A stretch of DNA of 27,278 nucleotides from a virus (lineage: Duplodnaviria; Caudoviricetes): positions 1-27,278 of IMG/VR virus record IMGVR_UViG_3300029317_000006, one strand, 5' to 3'. Under the pieces are notes generated by a model, which saw only the letters and a program-made list of their open reading frames with translations, ran no database searches and was not told the origin of the DNA. The translations under genes were made by a program, and so were the position numbers. How positions within the stretch are numbered: the stretch's first letter is position 1; each line of letters starts with the position of its first letter. Positions 23,751-27,278 of the stretch are shown one piece after another.

Positions 23751-26241
23751 CGAACAGCACACTATGCATAAACCGCAAATATTGGTTTTTCCTAACAAAT
23801 TAGATAATCAACTCTTTGAAAGTAATGAATGTTCTGAGGGGGAAACATTACATCAATGGTTGGTTGAAAACGTGCCTGCTTATGTGGTGCAAGCAGTGCC
23901 GTTATTTAGCGCTACGTTAAACAACCAAGCATTTGAGCAGACGCAATGGCCGATATATCAATTAAAATGTGCTGATACGTTAGCGTTAACGGTAGAAGCT
24001 AAAGACCCAATTACTATTGTTTATGCGGTTATTGCTGTTGTTGCTGTCGGTGCTGCTATTTATATGGCAAAGCAAATGCCAGATAACTATAACAGTACCA
24101 CCCCTGATGGTTCGTCGATATACGATGCCAATGTACAAGGTAATAGACCCCGATTAATGGGCGTTATACCTGAATTAGCCGGAAGACATAAAATATTCCC
24201 CGACCACTTGAACATGCCTCGCCGAGAGTTTATTGATAACGAGCAATGGATTTACTTAATGTTATCGGTTGGCGTTGGCGAACATGAAATAAACGGCGAT
24301 GAAATATTTATTGGTGAAACCCCTGTATCAAATTATGCGGGTGATGTTTTTTACACAATATTTGCACCTGGTGAGCTGGTTACAAGCCATGAAGCCTATA
24401 GAAACATTTATACCAGTGCAGAGGTTGGCGGCACGTCGGGCACGTCTGGTATTGAATTAAAAGGCTCAGTTACTACCGCTGGTAGTGCAACGGGTGGCGG
24501 TTTAACTTGGGATTTTAACGGTAATTCTATAACGAGTTATCGCTATCTTAATGATGAAAGCGGTGAGCCTGTCGAAAGATTAGTATCGTTTCCTTTTTCA
24601 GCGAGGGAAATTGTCACCATAACGGAAACACCATCAAATAATGGTGATTATCGTATTCTCGAAAATAGTGGTTCAACCGCAACATTGATAAAAGTAGATG
24701 CACAAGGGCAAGATGATAATTCGTGGGCCTCATTTACTACAGATTATGGAGGTACTGCAAGGCTTGAGGTAACAGCTGGTAGCGGCGACGGTCAGTATAA
24801 TGGACCTTTCTTTGCGTGCCCTAAAAACGAAACGACAAACACGTTATGGCTTGATTTTAAACTACCACAAGGGCTGGGTGAACTAGACGATAACGGTGCT
24901 TTTTTAAGTAGAACGGTCGATTTAAGTATTCAGTATCGCCATGAGGGTAATTCGCAATGGGAAAGCATCCCTTACTCTTTCACCAATTCAACCAATGACG
25001 AACTGGCCGAAACCTTTAAAATAGAATTACCCAGTTCTATTCGTCCCGAAGTGCAAGTAAAGCGCATTACCGCCGCAGAAGATAACACGCGAATATACGA
25101 TAAGGTTGAGTGGACAGCGCTTAAAGCTGAATTAACCAGTGCCACCAGTTATGCTGATGTTACAACGATCGCGATTAAAATACGCGGCACTAATGCGTTA
25201 TCAAATTCCGCTGAAAATAAGTTTAATGTTATTGCTACGCGTCAGTTACCTGTTTATGAAAATGGCATATGGACAGCCCCCCAAGCAACCACAGATATTG
25301 CCCCATTTTTCGCCCATGTTATAAAAGATGTAGGGCATACTGATCAGCAAATAGGGCTAGACGAAATGTCACGTTTACATAATGTGTGGCAGGGGCGTAA
25401 TGATGAATTTAACGCGGTCTTTGATAATGACAGCACGTTATTTAATGTTTTAAAAAGAGTGTTAGCGGCAGGTTTTGCCGAACCTACTTTAGATTATGGT
25501 CAAATTATCCCAGTTCGTGACGAGCTGCGTACTGGCTTTGATTATATGTATCAGCCCGAGAACATGAAAACCCCACTTAAACGTGAAACAAAACTCTTTG
25601 ACCCCGACGAGCCAGACGGCGTAGAGGTTGAATATTTTAGTTATTTAACGTGGAAACCTGAAACCGTACTTTGCTTGTTGGGTGATGAATTAGGCATTAA
25701 GCCTAAAAAGGTTCGCGCCTTTGGAATTATCAATAAAACTAAGGCTTGGCAATTCGGTATGCGTAAACGTCGAGAAATGCGCTATCGCCGCACTAAGTAT
25801 AATTTCACCACTGAAATGGATGCGCTTAATAGTAGTTATTTAAGTTATGACGCATTGGCAGACGATATACCAGGTTATTCTCAAACGGGCCGCATTCTTG
25901 GAGTTAAAGGTAGAGAATTATCCTTGAGTGAGCCGATTGAATGGAGCGCGGGGACACACTTTATATCACTACGAAAACCCGATGGTACGTTATCTGGGCC
26001 ATATATTTGCACCGCGAGTAGCCTTGAAAATAATGTACTGCTAACAATCGATTTAGACTTTACCCCCGATTGTTCAGGAAGAATGGAGCCAGCACTCTTT
26101 CAATTTGGAGTAGCTAACCGTTGGTGCTTACCTGCGTTAGTTACTGACGTTAAACCCAGTGGTACAGATAAAGTGAGCGTGACAGCTGTGAATTATGATG
26201 TTCGGGTTTATGCGGATGATGATAATTCGCCACCTGCCTGA
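23731..26241 (+). CDS. Host-specificity/central tail tip protein (TipJ-like)
   Basis: N-terminal ubiquitin-like/TAP-I-like segment, IPELAGRHKIFPD, GPFFACP, DGVEVEY, AVNYDVRVYADDD ending. Confidence 0.85.
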   Translation: MLTIQNDEQHTMHKPQILVFPNKLDNQLFESNECSEGETLHQWLVENVPAYVVQAVPLFSATLNNQAFEQTQWPIYQLKCADTLALTVEAKDPITIVYAVIAVVAVGAAIYMAKQMPDNYNSTTPDGSSIYDANVQGNRPRLMGVIPELAGRHKIFPDHLNMPRREFIDNEQWIYLMLSVGVGEHEINGDEIFIGETPVSNYAGDVFYTIFAPGELVTSHEAYRNIYTSAEVGGTSGTSGIELKGSVTTAGSATGGGLTWDFNGNSITSYRYLNDESGEPVERLVSFPFSAREIVTITETPSNNGDYRILENSGSTATLIKVDAQGQDDNSWASFTTDYGGTARLEVTAGSGDGQYNGPFFACPKNETTNTLWLDFKLPQGLGELDDNGAFLSRTVDLSIQYRHEGNSQWESIPYSFTNSTNDELAETFKIELPSSIRPEVQVKRITAAEDNTRIYDKVEWTALKAELTSATSYADVTTIAIKIRGTNALSNSAENKFNVIATRQLPVYENGIWTAPQATTDIAPFFAHVIKDVGHTDQQIGLDEMSRLHNVWQGRNDEFNAVFDNDSTLFNVLKRVLAAGFAEPTLDYGQIIPVRDELRTGFDYMYQPENMKTPLKRETKLFDPDEPDGVEVEYFSYLTWKPETVLCLLGDELGIKPKKVRAFGIINKTKAWQFGMRKRREMRYRRTKYNFTTEMDALNSSYLSYDALADDIPGYSQTGRILGVKGRELSLSEPIEWSAGTHFISLRKPDGTLSGPYICTASSLENNVLLTIDLDFTPDCSGRMEPALFQFGVANRWCLPALVTDVKPSGTDKVSVTAVNYDVRVYADDDNSPPA

Positions 26242-26317
26242 ATTAGACTTTACTAGATGAATTGTCTTAATTTTCAGTTACAATAATGTTTTATATACAT
26301 ATTTAAATGGAGTTTTA

Positions 26318-26797
26318 ATGAAAAAAGCACTATTAATCTTAGTACTGCCCTTTCTACAATCGTGTGCAACAATTGGTATGTTACCTGATGATGTATCAAA
26401 AATTGATTTTGAATCAGAGGAAGGGAAAACTGGTTGGTCTGAGTATCAACAGGTTGAGACGTTTTATGGGTACAATGCAGAACAAATATATAGTGCAGCT
26501 AAAATAGGTTTAGGTAATAGTGGTTTCTCGCTGAGAAAAGCTAATAAATCTAAAGGTTTTGTTATTGGTGAGCATGGAATGACTGCACACGATTGGAACA
26601 TAATCGCAGCAGTTTACTTTTTAGAAGTGGGTGAAACAACAAAAGTAAAAATAATAGCTGAAGGTTCAAAAGATATAGGTTTAAGTGGAGATGTAACATC
26701 AGACGGATGGACAGGAAAGATTCTCAAAGGTATGAGGCTGCATTTGAATGATACTTATCAAACAATATTAAAAGTTAACAAGTCTGACATAAAATAG
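26318..26797 (+). CDS. Accessory lipoprotein (moron), candidate superinfection exclusion
   Basis: MKK-hydrophobic-LQSC lipobox, ggag RBS, AT-rich 76-bp upstream spacer; last gene before the phage end. Confidence 0.75.
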   Translation: MKKALLILVLPFLQSCATIGMLPDDVSKIDFESEEGKTGWSEYQQVETFYGYNAEQIYSAAKIGLGNSGFSLRKANKSKGFVIGEHGMTAHDWNIIAAVYFLEVGETTKVKIIAEGSKDIGLSGDVTSDGWTGKILKGMRLHLNDTYQTILKVNKSDIK

Positions 26798-26799
26798 CT

Positions 26800-26846
26800 T
26801 TAACGAAATTAAGCAGCCATTAAAGCGGCATTTAATACCGGTTTAA
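26800..26846. repeat. Five roughly phased TTAA repeats, partly an inverted copy of the 14302-14339 array
   Basis: TTAA at 26800, 26809, 26820, 26832 and 26843. Confidence 0.55.
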
Positions 26847-26919
26847 TATTCATCAGAACACCCTTTAAAACTAATCCCTATATATAAGCAGAGCTATTCA
26901 GCAAAAAGAGCAAGGAACA

Positions 26920-27022
26920 GTTCTCAATATTGGCGGTTTATTCTCATTCTAAGTGAGCTCGTGTGAAGAGGAGGGTTCTCAATATATGCGGGTTCATTTC
27001 TCATTTTTTTCGCGCGGCTACA
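26920..27022 (+). repeat. Right end (attR) of the transposable phage: four TTCTCA-initiated transposase-binding repeats and terminal CA
   Basis: TTCTCA at 26921, 26941, 26976 and 26998, each followed by AT-rich then GC-rich bases; ends cgcgcggctaCA. Confidence 0.75.
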
Positions 27023-27173
27023 GCTGAATGAGAAGAAACTTATTGGAATTGGTATAACTATGTTTAACTCATTATGCTTGTTTTAAGCTCGCTAATGCAG
27101 CTCTAAGCTGACCAATAAATTAATCCGTTTGGTATTATATGGTTATATTAAGGTGATAACTTTTCTTCAGGCG

Positions 27174-27199
27174 AAAAAAAACCTGCATAAAGCAGGTTT
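27174..27199 (-). terminator. Rho-independent terminator downstream of tRNA-Asn
   Basis: aaacctgc-ataaa-gcaggttt hairpin with an A8 run on + (U tract on -). Confidence 0.8.
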
Positions 27200-27215
27200 C
27201 GTTTCACATTTAATG

Positions 27216-27278
27216 TGGCTCCCCAAACTGGGCTCGAACCAGTGACACATGGATTAACAGTCCATCGCTCTACCAACT
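27216..27278 (-). tRNA. tRNA-Asn (anticodon GTT), 5' end cut by the window edge
   Basis: Minus strand reads agttggtagagcg-atgga-ctGTTaa-tccat-gtgtc-actgg-ttcgagc-ccagt-ttggggagCCA: D loop, anticodon arm, T arm and encoded CCA. Confidence 0.96.

Larger units (their letters stand above)
1..27022 (+). mobile_element. Mu-like transposable prophage, late region and right end (left part with transposase/repressor lies outside the window)
   Basis: Mu-like gene order (gp25/26/27/28/29/F/G/I/T/35/36/37 equivalents), co-oriented and tightly coupled genes, terminal TTCTCA repeats ending in ...cgcgcggctaCA, then host-like DNA with a tRNA. Confidence 0.93.

Noticed and set aside
974-25324. Short minus-strand and alternate-frame ORFs in the track (e.g. 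2972-3205, 5988-6296, 6736-7059, 12709-13086, 16329-16709, 17520-18050, 25139-25324)
   Set aside because: They lie within or across well-supported + strand phage genes, lack motifs and read as antisense or frame shadows
18565-26241. Diversity-generating retroelement or invertible tail-fibre segment
   Set aside because: No reverse transcriptase or invertase in the window; the spike repeat differs at all base types rather than only at adenines; no inverted fibre copy
26920-27010. CRISPR mini-array
   Set aside because: Repeats are short, degenerate and irregularly spaced with no cas genes; better explained as transposase-binding sites
27216-27278. tRNA as an integrase att site for this prophage
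   Set aside because: The tRNA terminator and intervening host-like DNA are intact and the element has a Mu-type CA end; no att duplication visible

Overview
The window holds the late (lysis, head and tail) half and the right end of a Mu-like transposable prophage, followed by about 250 bp of host DNA ending in a minus-strand tRNA-Asn(GTT) cut by the window edge. All credible phage genes are on the + strand. The lysis/early-late block is GH108 endolysin, small ORF, holin-like protein, TraR/DksA Zn finger, Mu gp25/gp26-like genes and an extra ORF. The head block is terminase small and large subunits, portal, MuF minor head protein, gpG, a membrane moron, protease/scaffold and major capsid. The tail is non-contractile (siphovirus type): tube, frameshifted chaperone pair, tape measure, distal tail, a 1419-aa putative tail spike, DUF1833, NlpC/P60 and TipJ. 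A lipoprotein moron, transposase-binding repeats and a terminal CA near 27022 close the element. The most notable observations are: (1) MuF carries an anthrax-lethal-factor-like HEXXH metalloprotease extension with a coupled small ORF, a candidate virion-delivered toxin/immunity pair; (2) two 58-bp late-promoter copies have the -10 box inside a covarying hairpin that sequesters the start codon, predicting leaderless late mRNAs and silenced read-through mRNAs; (3) an RMF-like ORF sits near a TraR-like gene in the lysis cassette; (4) a membrane moron occupies the gpG-gpI slot used by anti-CRISPR genes in related phages; (5) the spike has a split SGNH esterase and a tandem domain duplication; (6) helically phased TTAA arrays occur in intergenic DNA. 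All family calls come from motif recognition and synteny, with no database searches.
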